From: a virus
Virus record (IMG/VR): IMGVR_UViG_3300005617_000008
Location: 2,917-66,916 of that record
Reading direction: 5' to 3' (one strand)
DNA: 64,000 nt
Shown: in pieces, positions 1 to 8,601 of the stretch
Numbering within the stretch: the stretch's first letter is position 1
Layout of the letters: every line of letters starts with the position of its first letter
Notes under the pieces: generated by a model
The model's input: only the letters and a program-made list of their open reading frames with translations
Databases searched by the model: none
Told to the model about the DNA's origin: nothing
Position numbers and translations under genes: made by a program

Positions 1-318
1 ATCTGCCATGACGCCGTGCAGAACGGCAAGGTCGCCGGCGGGTTGTTTAATGACGTATTCCCTTTCACGGACTAGCGTCGCCTGCTCCTTTAGCGTGATC
101 AGCGTTTCGGTGAGATAATCAAATAGTAAGGCCTCTAACTGCTCGCCCTTTTTACTTGCAACTACTTGCAACTGCGCGTCTGGAAGTGTCTTCTTCCAGC
201 GGCTAACTACTGAGGCGTCAAGGTTATACTGACTTGCAACTTCCATCACGCCTTGGCCTGCGAGCAGCGCCGCCATAACTTGGGCGCGCACTTCAGGCGA
301 ATGGTTCTTGCCGCGCAT
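1..318 (-). CDS. Putative terminase small subunit, N-terminal HTH (partial, runs off the left edge)
   Basis: Manual translation MRGKNHSPEVRAQVMAALLAGQGVMEVASQYNLDASVVSRWKK is an HTH; open to position 1; heads the leftward transcript. Confidence 0.6.
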   Translation of the reverse strand, partial: MRGKNHSPEVRAQVMAALLAGQGVMEVASQYNLDASVVSRWKKTLPDAQLQVVASKKGEQLEALLFDYLTETLITLKEQATLVREREYVIKQPAGDLAVLHGVMAD

Positions 319-373
319 CGGTTAGGGATTATGCGTTGCTAGGTGAGGAAAAGTAAATAGAGGATTTACGGAG

Positions 374-637
374 TCATCGTTCCTGCTCCTGTGGTTGGGC
401 GGACTTCTTGCGACACTTAGGACATACTGCATAGTTTTGACTTACCCGTATTAGCCATCCGTCCCGACGAGCCTCTGCGCGACATTGCCCGCCTGTTGCG
501 CCAGTATACTCAACGGGTAAGTAGAGATCGTCGCAGCCGTTAACGCAGTATAAGTGCAGTTGATAGCAACCGACGATACAGGAAATCGGCGGCAGCGGTT
601 GTACCTGTTTCAAACCTGCGCTCATTCTCTCACTCAT
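374..637 (-). CDS. Hypothetical Cys-rich (Zn-binding) phage protein
   Basis: ORF track; CxxxC and CPKC motifs. Confidence 0.5.
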   Translation of the reverse strand: MSERMSAGLKQVQPLPPISCIVGCYQLHLYCVNGCDDLYLPVEYTGATGGQCRAEARRDGWLIRVSQNYAVCPKCRKKSAQPQEQER

Positions 638-665
638 CCTTCATTGCTCCGGTGCGGGGTGTGAC

Positions 666-854
666 TTACGAGCATCGAACCTGTAACTGTTCGCCCTGCA
701 TTCTCGTGGTGATTAGCCCCTTCGCTTGTAACGCGAGAGCTTCAGGAAGGTAACTTCCGTGGCAGTTGAGCCATTCATCAGGCTTCGTGCTTATAGCCCG
801 CATGATGGCCTGTTCGGTTTTAGTCTGTTTCAGTGTGGTTAATTTGTCGAACAT
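666..854 (-). CDS. Hypothetical protein
   Basis: Internal ATG (MFDKL) with GAGG-like RBS. Confidence 0.45.
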   Translation of the reverse strand: MFDKLTTLKQTKTEQAIMRAISTKPDEWLNCHGSYLPEALALQAKGLITTRMQGEQLQVRCS

Positions 855-858
855 TCTC

Positions 859-1053
859 TCATTCCCCTCTCTCACTCCGGCGCGGGTGGCGCGTGTCAAT
901 CTTAGTCCAATTGCAATCACAATCTGAGTCCGTACAGGTAAATACCTGTAATCTTCCATTTTCTACCGCCGCTTCAATTTCACTGTAAGAACCAAAGCCA
1001 ACGCGCCACAAGTGAAAGCGCCATAAGGGATACAGTAATTCAGGGTCGGTCAT
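859..1053 (-). CDS. Hypothetical protein
   Basis: MTDPELLY start, ATGA-coupled to the upstream ORF. Confidence 0.45.
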   Translation of the reverse strand: MTDPELLYPLWRFHLWRVGFGSYSEIEAAVENGRLQVFTCTDSDCDCNWTKIDTRHPRRSERGE

Positions 1054-1244
1054 TTTTCCTCGTTCTGCGATGGTTGGCGCGGTATTAACTTTATCTTCAG
1101 GTACTGAATAGAAAGACTTGCGCCACAACGCTTGCCGTTGACGTAATGTGGGCAGGAGTGACGCTCGAATGCCTCAATGTCAAGTAGATCCTCGTCGTCA
1201 AACTCATGGCCGTTAAGACAGGCGGCGCTATGGAATACTCTCAT
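1050..1244 (-). CDS. Hypothetical Zn-ribbon-like protein
   Basis: MRVFHSAACLNGH...CPH...CGA. Confidence 0.45.
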   Translation of the reverse strand: MRVFHSAACLNGHEFDDEDLLDIEAFERHSCPHYVNGKRCGASLSIQYLKIKLIPRQPSQNEEK

Positions 1245-1266
1245 TTTTCGCTCACCTATCCTTCCC

Positions 1267-1425
1267 TCACTGCGTTTCATGGGTTTTCTTTGGTCGTCCG
1301 CCTTTGTGACCGTTTGCGCGAGCTGCGTCAGCCTTGCGCTTGGTAGTCGCCTTACCGCCGATCTTGCCACCCTTGCGGCCTATCTCAGCCATATATCGAC
1401 TCACCTCTTTAGGTACGGTTGCCAT
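1267..1425 (-). CDS. 52-aa basic KGG/GRP-motif protein (putative DNA-binding regulator)
   Basis: Manual translation MATVPKEVSRYMAEIGRKGGKIGGKATTKRKADAARANGHKGGRPKKTHETQ; first gene behind the leftward promoter. Confidence 0.65.
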   Translation of the reverse strand: MATVPKEVSRYMAEIGRKGGKIGGKATTKRKADAARANGHKGGRPKKTHETQ

Positions 1426-1435
1426 AACGTGCGCC

Positions 1436-1465
1436 ACTATAAGCCAAACCGGGATTATCTGTCAA
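1436..1465 (-). promoter_or_regulatory. Leftward sigma70-type promoter
   Basis: TTGACA (1465-1460)-N18-TATAGT. Confidence 0.6.
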
Positions 1466-1486
1466 TAACTTTTGTCTAGAATAATT

Positions 1487-1539
1487 TTCTAACTATTTTC
1501 ACTTACCCTATTGACAGAAACCTAAAGCGGGTTTATATT
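1487..1539 (+). promoter_or_regulatory. Rightward early sigma70-type promoter with upstream TTCTAACTATTT box
   Basis: TTGACA 1511-1516-N17-TATATT 1534-1539; box at 1487-1498 recurs at 6345-6356. Confidence 0.75.
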
Positions 1540-1574
1540 GGTGCCCGCTTCGATGAAAGGGGCTTGGAAACGAG

Positions 1575-1778
1575 ATGGATAACGAACAACAAAGAGATTT
1601 CACAGAGGAACAATACAACAACCGCCTGATGCAAGACTACGCAGAAGTCGGCTACGAACACGCGCAAGGCGGAATGTCGAGATACGCCGCGAAACGATGG
1701 TGCAAGGTTTCGACAACGCTCGCGCAGGAACGAGATTACTGGCAAGGATTCGCGGCAGGTGAAAAAGCGCGAGCATAG
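1575..1778 (+). CDS. Hypothetical early protein
   Basis: First ORF after the early promoter. Confidence 0.6.
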   Translation: MDNEQQRDFTEEQYNNRLMQDYAEVGYEHAQGGMSRYAAKRWCKVSTTLAQERDYWQGFAAGEKARA

Positions 1779-1808
1779 TCCCAATTGTTTGCTGAAGGGA
1801 GATTGAAG

Positions 1809-2102
1809 ATGATGACATACCAACTAATCGTAATGGCATTTGACGGCGATTACCAAACTGAGTCACCACAATTTGAAAACACTGACGACGCCTGGAGCTA
1901 CGCAAACGATCTAGGCTCAAAATGGTACTTCTACCCGTTCCACTTTGTAATTGATCAGGCGGGCGAAGTCGTATCCGCACCGGAGCTAATGTCTCACCTT
2001 GAAGGGCTAACAATTGAAGATCTGGCCGCGCACTTCAAGGGGATTTCAGAGACGCCGGACGCGCAGAATGTCAACGCGGAAGAGTTTGCATTCATGGTCT
2101 AA
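1809..2102 (+). CDS. Hypothetical early protein
   Basis: RBS AAGGGAG before MMTYQ. Confidence 0.6.
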   Translation: MMTYQLIVMAFDGDYQTESPQFENTDDAWSYANDLGSKWYFYPFHFVIDQAGEVVSAPELMSHLEGLTIEDLAAHFKGISETPDAQNVNAEEFAFMV

Positions 2103-2128
2103 CAATTGACACAAAAGAGGAGATAGAG

Positions 2129-2395
2129 ATGATGTGCACAGACTTACGACCAATTGAGGAAATCTACACAGATCGTTATATGGCGTTGTCCACAATGCCG
2201 AAGTCCTTGAGCGATTGCCTGTATCTTGCGAAGTACGAAAACGGCAGATTTATTAACGACTCATGGCTGCGGATGACAAAGGAAGAACGCGACCTGATTG
2301 ATAGCTGGCTTGTTGAGATAGAACACCCGCTGGCTTATCAACCGGGAACGCAGCAATCGCGCATTGTAGCACTAGTGCGGGAGTTTGGAGCCTGA
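2129..2395 (+). CDS. Hypothetical early protein
   Basis: RBS GAGGAG; ORF track. Confidence 0.6.
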   Translation: MMCTDLRPIEEIYTDRYMALSTMPKSLSDCLYLAKYENGRFINDSWLRMTKEERDLIDSWLVEIEHPLAYQPGTQQSRIVALVREFGA

Positions 2396-2422
2396 CGCAC
2401 TCACCACCAACCACGAAGGGAG

Positions 2423-2671
2423 TTGATAGAAGTGACGACACTACACGAATCTCTAGATGAACTAGCAAGACTTAAAGCTGAGCGCAAGTGGGTAGGCAAG
2501 AAAGTGTACATCACGAAGGGTTACTATCAAGGTCACTTCGGAGTAGTTGCTAGCGTTGAAGATACTAACTCCTTCATCGTGCGTGGCGGCACCCTGAATA
2601 CGCTGGAGCCGTTGATTTGCCGGGACGAACTCAGGCTGGCACGAAACACGGATTTGACGACTAACAACTAA
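2423..2671 (+). CDS. KOW-motif protein
   Basis: VGKKVYITKGYYQGHFGVV matches the KOW pattern. Confidence 0.5.
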   Translation: MIEVTTLHESLDELARLKAERKWVGKKVYITKGYYQGHFGVVASVEDTNSFIVRGGTLNTLEPLICRDELRLARNTDLTTNN

Positions 2672-2691
2672 CCAAAAAGGAGTTACTGACA

Positions 2692-3168
2692 ATGCCATAC
2701 ATAGACTCAAAAGACGTTGCTCTCATACGCAAAGCTATCCGCGCTGCACTGTCTAATTACAAAGTTAGTGTCACTCGGCGTCATAGCTCATCCGTTGAAG
2801 TCGCGCTGCTCAGTGGTCCTATCGTTGGCGTCGATCACGTCAATGTGTACTGGTACAAAGAACACCTTGGACCAGAGAAGCTGGATCGACCGGACGCCAT
2901 CGCTGTTATCGAGAAGATCATCGCTGAGATTTTCAAAGTGCACAAGCCGCAGACGTTAGTTGAAGACAGCGACTACGGCACTGTGCCGACGTTCTACTAT
3001 GACGTGAGTTTTGGAAAGTGGGATCAGCCGTACGTCTGCACCGACCCTGATGCTGCGGATCGATTGGAGATTCAGCAAGAGTTTAGAAAGATCGACCGCT
3101 GGCACGAGCAGGAGAGACGCAGGGCTGAATTTCGCCGTGAGCGTGAAGGGCTGAGGCTTGTTAGCTGA
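2692..3168 (+). CDS. LPD29-like (polyvalent protein-associated) early protein
   Basis: KVSVTR..SSVEV..LSGP and YYDVSFGKWDQPY motifs. Confidence 0.45.
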   Translation: MPYIDSKDVALIRKAIRAALSNYKVSVTRRHSSSVEVALLSGPIVGVDHVNVYWYKEHLGPEKLDRPDAIAVIEKIIAEIFKVHKPQTLVEDSDYGTVPTFYYDVSFGKWDQPYVCTDPDAADRLEIQQEFRKIDRWHEQERRRAEFRREREGLRLVS

Positions 3169-3193
3169 AGGAGAAGACGAGAGGGGCGCGGTA

Positions 3194-3352
3194 ATGAACT
3201 GTGAGCACGACGGGCAAAAGCGGGAACCGGGCCGTGAGGAAACCGACGCAGACATTTTCAACGTAGGCTGTATCGAGTGGGTTTGCAGCCGCTGCGATAA
3301 ATACGAGATTCGCTACACCAACATGCAACGAACGGAGAAAGCGAATGACTGA
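3194..3352 (+). CDS. Small Cys-containing hypothetical protein
   Basis: MNCEH...CSRC. Confidence 0.45.
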   Translation: MNCEHDGQKREPGREETDADIFNVGCIEWVCSRCDKYEIRYTNMQRTEKAND

Positions 3353-3524
3353 AGAACTAACACGAGAAAATCTGATGATCGCGTCCGAACTGGACGATGA
3401 TGAATTTGATGACCTGTACGAACGAATGCTGAGACTTATTCGTAACTACGGCACCATCGGCGTGGAGAACATGCTGAAGTATCTCGATCAGGAGTTGACT
3501 GCCGGACGTGAGGAGATTGAGTGA
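3345..3524 (+). CDS. Small acidic hypothetical protein
   Basis: Manual translation MTEELTRENLMIASELDDDEFDDLYERML; overlaps both neighbours. Confidence 0.5.
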   Translation: MTEELTRENLMIASELDDDEFDDLYERMLRLIRNYGTIGVENMLKYLDQELTAGREEIE

Positions 3525-3820
3525 ATAACAACATCAGACAGCAACCGCCAAAGTCGAATCCTTACACCGCAGATGATGTAAGCTCAGCGCTCGCACAAGC
3601 TCAATACGACGGGTATCTACCGCGCTGCGTTCACAATGGCTGTCTCATGGACTGGTCAGGAGAACGACTCGAACCACCCTGCGGTTGTCGTCTCTCCTTC
3701 CGCAACTCCGGCGACGAACTGCGCTACTCGAAAGCGTGTAGTGACAATCGTTGCTCAGGCTGTGAGTGGGATGTAAATGATTGTGATTGCGCGCATCACG
3801 AGGAAAGGGAACGACAATGA
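3521..3820 (+). CDS. Cys-rich hypothetical protein
   Basis: ORF track; coupled start/stop. Confidence 0.5.
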   Translation: MNNNIRQQPPKSNPYTADDVSSALAQAQYDGYLPRCVHNGCLMDWSGERLEPPCGCRLSFRNSGDELRYSKACSDNRCSGCEWDVNDCDCAHHEERERQ

Positions 3821-4287
3821 AGGTTGATTACGAATTGCAAAAGATTAACTGCCGCGATTGTCGCGGAACGGGACAAAGCCGCAATGGGCCAGACTTGCGC
3901 TGTGAATACTGCGGCGGCAACGGGTGGGTCGAAACCTACAGCGCGCGGCGGCAGCGACTGACTCAACCCGCGCCGGAGACTGGCGAGGAGTGGCGCTACG
4001 ACGAAACGCACGGCGCTCACGTCGCTATAGACGATAAGTTCCAACTGCGAGCGCACTGGAAAGGTACAGCGGGAAGTGCGGAGGTCAAAGCGATCATGCA
4101 GCAGATCATCTCAGACCATCGCGCCGTGCCGTTGCTGCGCGATACTCTGCAACTGGTCCGACGATTACTCGTGAATCAGCAAAGTTGCGAGCAGTCGCTG
4201 TGCTGTAGCTGTGAAGACACACGTCAGACAGTGATGGAGTCAATAGTAGCAGTCCTCGCCACTGTGGGCCGGGAGGGGGAGAAATGA
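3817..4287 (+). CDS. Protein with DnaJ-type CxxCxGxG zinc finger
   Basis: CRDCRGTG and CEYCGGNG. Confidence 0.55.
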   Translation: MKVDYELQKINCRDCRGTGQSRNGPDLRCEYCGGNGWVETYSARRQRLTQPAPETGEEWRYDETHGAHVAIDDKFQLRAHWKGTAGSAEVKAIMQQIISDHRAVPLLRDTLQLVRRLLVNQQSCEQSLCCSCEDTRQTVMESIVAVLATVGREGEK

Positions 4288-4511
4288 TCAGAGCCTGGTT
4301 TGAAACACCGACTTTTACCTTTGAGGCGTTTGCGGAAACTTGCGAAGAAGTTGACAAAGTTATAGCTGCGGCCTGGAAAATTCACGCCAGTCAGACAGGT
4401 GCCGATGAGGATTATACCTGGAAGTACGAACAGGACATCCAGTATACCGAGATTTGTTCAGGCCAGTGCTTCCGAGATGGCGAATTGCTACTAACCTCGG
4501 AGACAGGTTAA
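4284..4511 (+). CDS. Hypothetical protein
   Basis: ORF track; coupled. Confidence 0.55.
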   Translation: MIRAWFETPTFTFEAFAETCEEVDKVIAAAWKIHASQTGADEDYTWKYEQDIQYTEICSGQCFRDGELLLTSETG

Positions 4512-5131
4512 TGGGCAAGATCTTAGTTGGGTGTGAATTTTCAGGAACCGTGAGAGACGCATTTCGTGCGCGAGGTCACGACGCCTGGTCATGTGATCTG
4601 CTTCCATCGGAGAAACCTGGACCGCATCTGCAATGTGACATTTTCACCGTGTTGGATCAGGGTTGGGATTTGTTAATTTTTCACTGGCCCTGTACTTATC
4701 TGACTCGCGCCCAGGCGGGCTGGTTCTTCAATCGTCCGAAGAAGCCGAAGTCGCATATTCTCTACGGCTACCCGCGTTATCGGGCCATGCGACAATCAGC
4801 GAGGAGTTTTCGGAGACTGCTCAACTCCCCGATCCCGCGCATCGTTGGCGAGAATCCGATCCCTTATCGAGACGCGCGGCTGATCATGGGTGAGCCGACA
4901 CAGACAGTGCAGCCTTACCAGTTCGGACATCCCGAGCGTAAAGCAACCTGCCTGTGGCTCAGAAACCTGCCACCATTGCAACCGACTGACATCGTGGATC
5001 TACCGGAGAAGAAATCAGAAGCGCAACGGCTCCATCACCTGCCGCAATCACCGAACAGGTGGAGAGAACGCAGCCGTACTTTCCAGGGAATAGCCGAAGC
5101 TTTCGCAGATCAATGGGGGTCTTTACTATGA
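4511..5131 (+). CDS. Phage short-type DNA cytosine methyltransferase
   Basis: KILVGCEFSGTVRDAF, HWPCTYL, ENP, RKATCLWL, RSRTFQGIA..ADQWG. Confidence 0.75.
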   Translation: MGKILVGCEFSGTVRDAFRARGHDAWSCDLLPSEKPGPHLQCDIFTVLDQGWDLLIFHWPCTYLTRAQAGWFFNRPKKPKSHILYGYPRYRAMRQSARSFRRLLNSPIPRIVGENPIPYRDARLIMGEPTQTVQPYQFGHPERKATCLWLRNLPPLQPTDIVDLPEKKSEAQRLHHLPQSPNRWRERSRTFQGIAEAFADQWGSLL

Positions 5132-5682
5132 TCGGAAATACGTATTATCGATTAACGGTAGAATCTTTTAGCCACCGCGACCAGCGGCAGCGAAAGCATT
5201 ACCGTTGCAGGTGTCAGTGCGGAAACGTAAAAACGGTTCAAGGCTCATTGCTGACCAGTGGCAATACTAAAAGTTGCGGCTGTCTCGGGGCAGAAGTTCG
5301 CTGCTCTCTTACCAAACTACCCAACAACGGTTGTGTTATCAATCACTTAATCCTCCAATACAAGCGCCACGCCCGCTCCAGGGGCTATAGCTTCAATCTT
5401 AGCCGAGAAATGTTTGACTCTCTTGTTCGCCAGGCATGCCACTATTGCGGGGTACCACCATCAAACCTTAAGAGAACCAAGAACTGCAAAGAAGGTTTCC
5501 TGTACAGCGGATTGGATCGTAAAGATCCTGAGCGTGGTTACGAGCGGGGTAACACGGTTCCTTGCTGCGCGATGTGTAATCAGGCAAAGCGTAACTTTAC
5601 CGAACGGGTCTTCCTAGGCTGGATAAGACGAGTCGCTACCTACCAAGACGCAATGGCCGAACAATGGGGCAGCTTAATCTGA
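5128..5682 (+). CDS. HNH homing endonuclease (AP2-associated type N-terminus)
   Basis: YRCRCQCG, KSCGC, CHYCG, GLDRKDP..GY..GNTVPCCAMCNQAK. Confidence 0.85.
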   Translation: MIGNTYYRLTVESFSHRDQRQRKHYRCRCQCGNVKTVQGSLLTSGNTKSCGCLGAEVRCSLTKLPNNGCVINHLILQYKRHARSRGYSFNLSREMFDSLVRQACHYCGVPPSNLKRTKNCKEGFLYSGLDRKDPERGYERGNTVPCCAMCNQAKRNFTERVFLGWIRRVATYQDAMAEQWGSLI

Positions 5683-5697
5683 AAGGAGACAAATCAA

Positions 5698-5917
5698 ATG
5701 ATCCCCCCACTCCCCCAAACCGCTCAGACTGACGATTGACGATCAAATCGAGACTCGCACCTATCAGACTAAACAATCCATGCGCTTCCCCGTGGATGAG
5801 GAGACGACTAAGAGATTAAAGGCTGTGATCGTGTCAGGTTCTTATGTTCCTTTGTGGCGCAGAATTCTGAGGAAACTACAACTTTTACCCCGTGGTATGA
5901 GATTGCGGGGATTCTGA
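5698..5917 (+). pseudogene. Small gene frameshifted at a C6 run (possibly ribbon-helix-helix-like)
   Basis: AAGGAG RBS + ATG; removing one C from 5703-5708 gives a 72-aa ORF. Confidence 0.4.
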
Positions 5918-5960
5918 ATTCTTTTGCGGAGCGAGATTGTATGCCATGAGCGCTATTTCA

Positions 5961-6142
5961 GGTTTGAGACTCAGCCTTAGTTGTCTAGCGGAGTTTCACC
6001 GCCACCATTTGACCGGGTTCCGAAGTTGTCACCGAGCGCCCGGAATTCAGCTTTTGTCCGCCACGTCCCTCGTGGCCTTTCAAACCGCCGTCCCTTGTAC
6101 GGCGCACATTAGGCAGTCTGATTTTATTCGGTACTCAGACTC
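5961..6142. ncRNA. Candidate structured RNA
   Basis: GGTTTGA 5961-67/TCAAACC 6081-87 encloses three hairpins; two further hairpins follow; no credible ORF. Confidence 0.35.
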
Positions 6143-6143
6143 T

Positions 6144-6262
6144 TGAAGAACCGTGCGTCCCGTGTTATATTATTGCCTGTCAACGGAATCGCATTGCTCC
6201 GCTAAGGGTAATGAGATCAAAGGGCCGCGAGAACCTAAACCAGTCTCCGGCCCTTTTGTTAT
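6144..6262 (+). ncRNA. Promoter-to-terminator unit: candidate ~85-nt sRNA
   Basis: TTGAAG-N17-TATATT (6144-6172), then stem AAAGGGCCG 6220-28/CGGCCCTTT 6249-57 + T-tract. Confidence 0.45.
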
Positions 6263-6338
6263 ACCTGCCTGATTTTCGTTTTTCAACGTGACTATTTGCA
6301 ACACTGTGGCGTAAAAGCAACACTCACGCTCACCCCGA

Positions 6339-6397
6339 AAATAGTTCTAACTATTTCGCTCAGACCTATTGACATGTCGATATAGTTGATGTATCCT
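6339..6397 (+). promoter_or_regulatory. Second early promoter with palindromic operator
   Basis: AAATAGTT-CT-AACTATTT perfect inverted repeat 6339-6356; TTGACA 6369-74-N17-TATCCT. Confidence 0.75.
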
Positions 6398-6428
6398 GCT
6401 CTCACCTTAGCAAACAGGAGCAAAGCAA

Positions 6429-6584
6429 ATGTCAATCACAATTAAAAACAAAGATGGCAAGACGGTGTTGCACAGGGTTGCTAGAACCTCGCGCGGTTTC
6501 AATCGCAAGCAGCGACAAGAAATCGCAGCGGTCAGGTTGGCGCTGGCGTTAGATCCGCACTGGACACGGGAGGGTGTTAAATGA
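6429..6584 (+). CDS. Small basic hypothetical protein
   Basis: RBS AGGAG; MSITIKNKDGKTVLH. Confidence 0.55.
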   Translation: MSITIKNKDGKTVLHRVARTSRGFNRKQRQEIAAVRLALALDPHWTREGVK

Positions 6585-7045
6585 GCACGCAACAACTGAA
6601 GATGCAGCAAGTAAACGGCCCGATCCCATACGTCGCTCAATGGAAGAATGAACCAAAGACCTACGACCCGCGTACCGAGGGTTACTTCGCAGTGGTTAAC
6701 CTGAGCGGACACAAGATCGATCTTGGCGTCAGCGAGCGGGGCTATCAAGTATCCCTTTCACTTTCTTACGGCGATGTAGGAACGCCACGAGCGACATTGG
6801 ATCAGGCCGTTGCTGAAATGGCGGTAACAATCGCTCGCTTCCCTAATGCCCAGCCCTATCTATCAATCGTTAAACTGCCGTGCGTCTTTTCCACGCGGGA
6901 CGGCTGGATCGAGATCGACTACTCGATTCCGATGGATCTTCTTCACGAGGCGATCGATGCCGCTGATAGGGATAGGCGCTTTGGAGATGACTACGAGCGC
7001 TTTTGGACAACCAGCTTTGAGCGAAGGCACGGACTGCGCATTTGA
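6581..7045 (+). CDS. Hypothetical protein
   Basis: ORF track; coupled. Confidence 0.6.
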   Translation: MSTQQLKMQQVNGPIPYVAQWKNEPKTYDPRTEGYFAVVNLSGHKIDLGVSERGYQVSLSLSYGDVGTPRATLDQAVAEMAVTIARFPNAQPYLSIVKLPCVFSTRDGWIEIDYSIPMDLLHEAIDAADRDRRFGDDYERFWTTSFERRHGLRI

Positions 7046-7063
7046 AACGAAAGGCAATAAATC

Positions 7064-7273
7064 ATGCAACTAATCACTTTTACACCTCCAGACAAACATC
7101 TTTGGATCGGGCAAGCCGAGCGCCTTCGCTGCGAGGTTTACACGGATGGCATTGGCGGTATGGCAATTACGGGCGACAAGTTTGCAATCCATCAGATCGT
7201 TGATCGGCTAGTTGAAGATGGAATCACGTTTCAGAAGTTCGTTAGCCTGGAAGGGAGATTACAGTCAACGTGA
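7064..7273 (+). CDS. Hypothetical protein
   Basis: ORF track. Confidence 0.55.
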   Translation: MQLITFTPPDKHLWIGQAERLRCEVYTDGIGGMAITGDKFAIHQIVDRLVEDGITFQKFVSLEGRLQST

Positions 7274-7746
7274 GCAGTACATCAGAATGCATATTTCACC
7301 GGTGCGACTTGCGGTACGAAGACGATGTGGCTATCTGTAACTTTTGCAATACGACCATCCCGATTGATGACGAATACGCTGCGCTGCCCGAATTCACGTT
7401 CGATCAGTTCGCCGTGTTGACGCGCACTCATACGGCAATGATGGATCAGGCAAGCGCACGCACTCAGAAGATTCTAGATCGAATGAAACATCGCGGCTTC
7501 CTGAAATCAGCAGACGAATACGGCGCGGTCATCGAATACAACAATGCCTGCCACTGTCATCCCAAGTTTAATGAATTCACAATCCCTGCCGATTGGTTAT
7601 TTGCGGAAGATTGGGAGGCGAAGGTTGACAAATACATGGCTGACCTTGAAGCGAAACGACTGGCAGCGGAAGCTGAGATCGACAAACTACGAGAGGCGCA
7701 GGAGCGCAAAGATTTAGCGCGACTACAGGCGAAGTACACGACATGA
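7270..7746 (+). CDS. Hypothetical protein with C-terminal coiled coil
   Basis: ORF track. Confidence 0.6.
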   Translation: MSSTSECIFHRCDLRYEDDVAICNFCNTTIPIDDEYAALPEFTFDQFAVLTRTHTAMMDQASARTQKILDRMKHRGFLKSADEYGAVIEYNNACHCHPKFNEFTIPADWLFAEDWEAKVDKYMADLEAKRLAAEAEIDKLREAQERKDLARLQAKYTT

Positions 7747-7913
7747 CAGCGATCACCTTAAAACAACTCCATTGTCTCCGCTGTGGTCATCACTGGTGGC
7801 CGCGCACAACCGAAACGCCGCGCACTTGTGCAAAATGCAATAACCCTTATTGGGATCGACCGCGAACGAAACGCAACACGAAGCCAGGGCCAAAGAACGG
7901 AGCGAAGAAATGA
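7743..7913 (+). CDS. Small zinc-ribbon protein
   Basis: Manual translation CLRCGHHWWPR...CAKCNNPYWD. Confidence 0.65.
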   Translation: MTAITLKQLHCLRCGHHWWPRTTETPRTCAKCNNPYWDRPRTKRNTKPGPKNGAKK

Positions 7914-8104
7914 GCGAGAGCAAATCAAGTTCAAGTGGTGCAGGGTGCGGGATATTCTCCGCTGGCAGTGTAGTGGCCTTCATTATCTCGTGGAAGCTGT
8001 GACATTCGTTCTGGTGGGCGTTGTTAGCCGCTGTTTTCGGATGGGGTTATGTACTTTATGCGGCAATCTACTACTTAGAGCAAATCAAGGCGTGGCTCGG
8101 TTGA
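7910..8104 (+). pseudogene. Small membrane protein with in-frame TGA
   Basis: ...FIISWKL*HSFWWALLAAVFGWGYVLY; TGA at 8000-8002. Confidence 0.55.
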
Positions 8105-8141
8105 GTTGTCGCACTCCCCCGCGTCAGGAAAGGTTGAGAGA

Positions 8142-8363
8142 ATGTCTGCAAAGCTGTACACGTTCCGACTAACGGAAATGGAGGCCAAGGTTGCCGGAGA
8201 CGCACTAGCGGCAGCACTGGCTGGGCCAACGGATGATAGTTCCGACTTCGGATGGTCTAAAGCTGAATGCAATGCCGCGATACGAGCCGAGGAGAAGTTG
8301 AGCATTTCCGAGACGCCGGAATTTGCAGAGCAAGTTAGAAAGCAAGGCGGCGGTAAAGGTTGA
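8142..8363 (+). CDS. Hypothetical protein
   Basis: MSAKLYTFRL start. Confidence 0.5.
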   Translation: MSAKLYTFRLTEMEAKVAGDALAAALAGPTDDSSDFGWSKAECNAAIRAEEKLSISETPEFAEQVRKQGGGKG

Positions 8364-8601
8364 GAGAGGAGAGTTGAGTGATGGCTAAGTTCAGGAAGAA
8401 GCCCCGGACGCAGACTGAACCTGATGTGCGGCTCTTGCATTGCTCAACGCATTGAGCGGTTGAGCGGCTTCGACTACTACGACATCTATCACGGCTCTAA
8501 GTACGGCGATAAAGTGGGCGCCCTGGAATGCGAACTAAGCCAAGCACGTGAATCAAACACCACCACTCCCTGCGATGCTGCAAGGGAAAGGGATAACCAA
8601 A

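Noticed and set aside
8381-8455. MAKFRKKP start of a common phage gene
   Set aside because: Ends after 24 codons; probably a recombination remnant, too small to interpret
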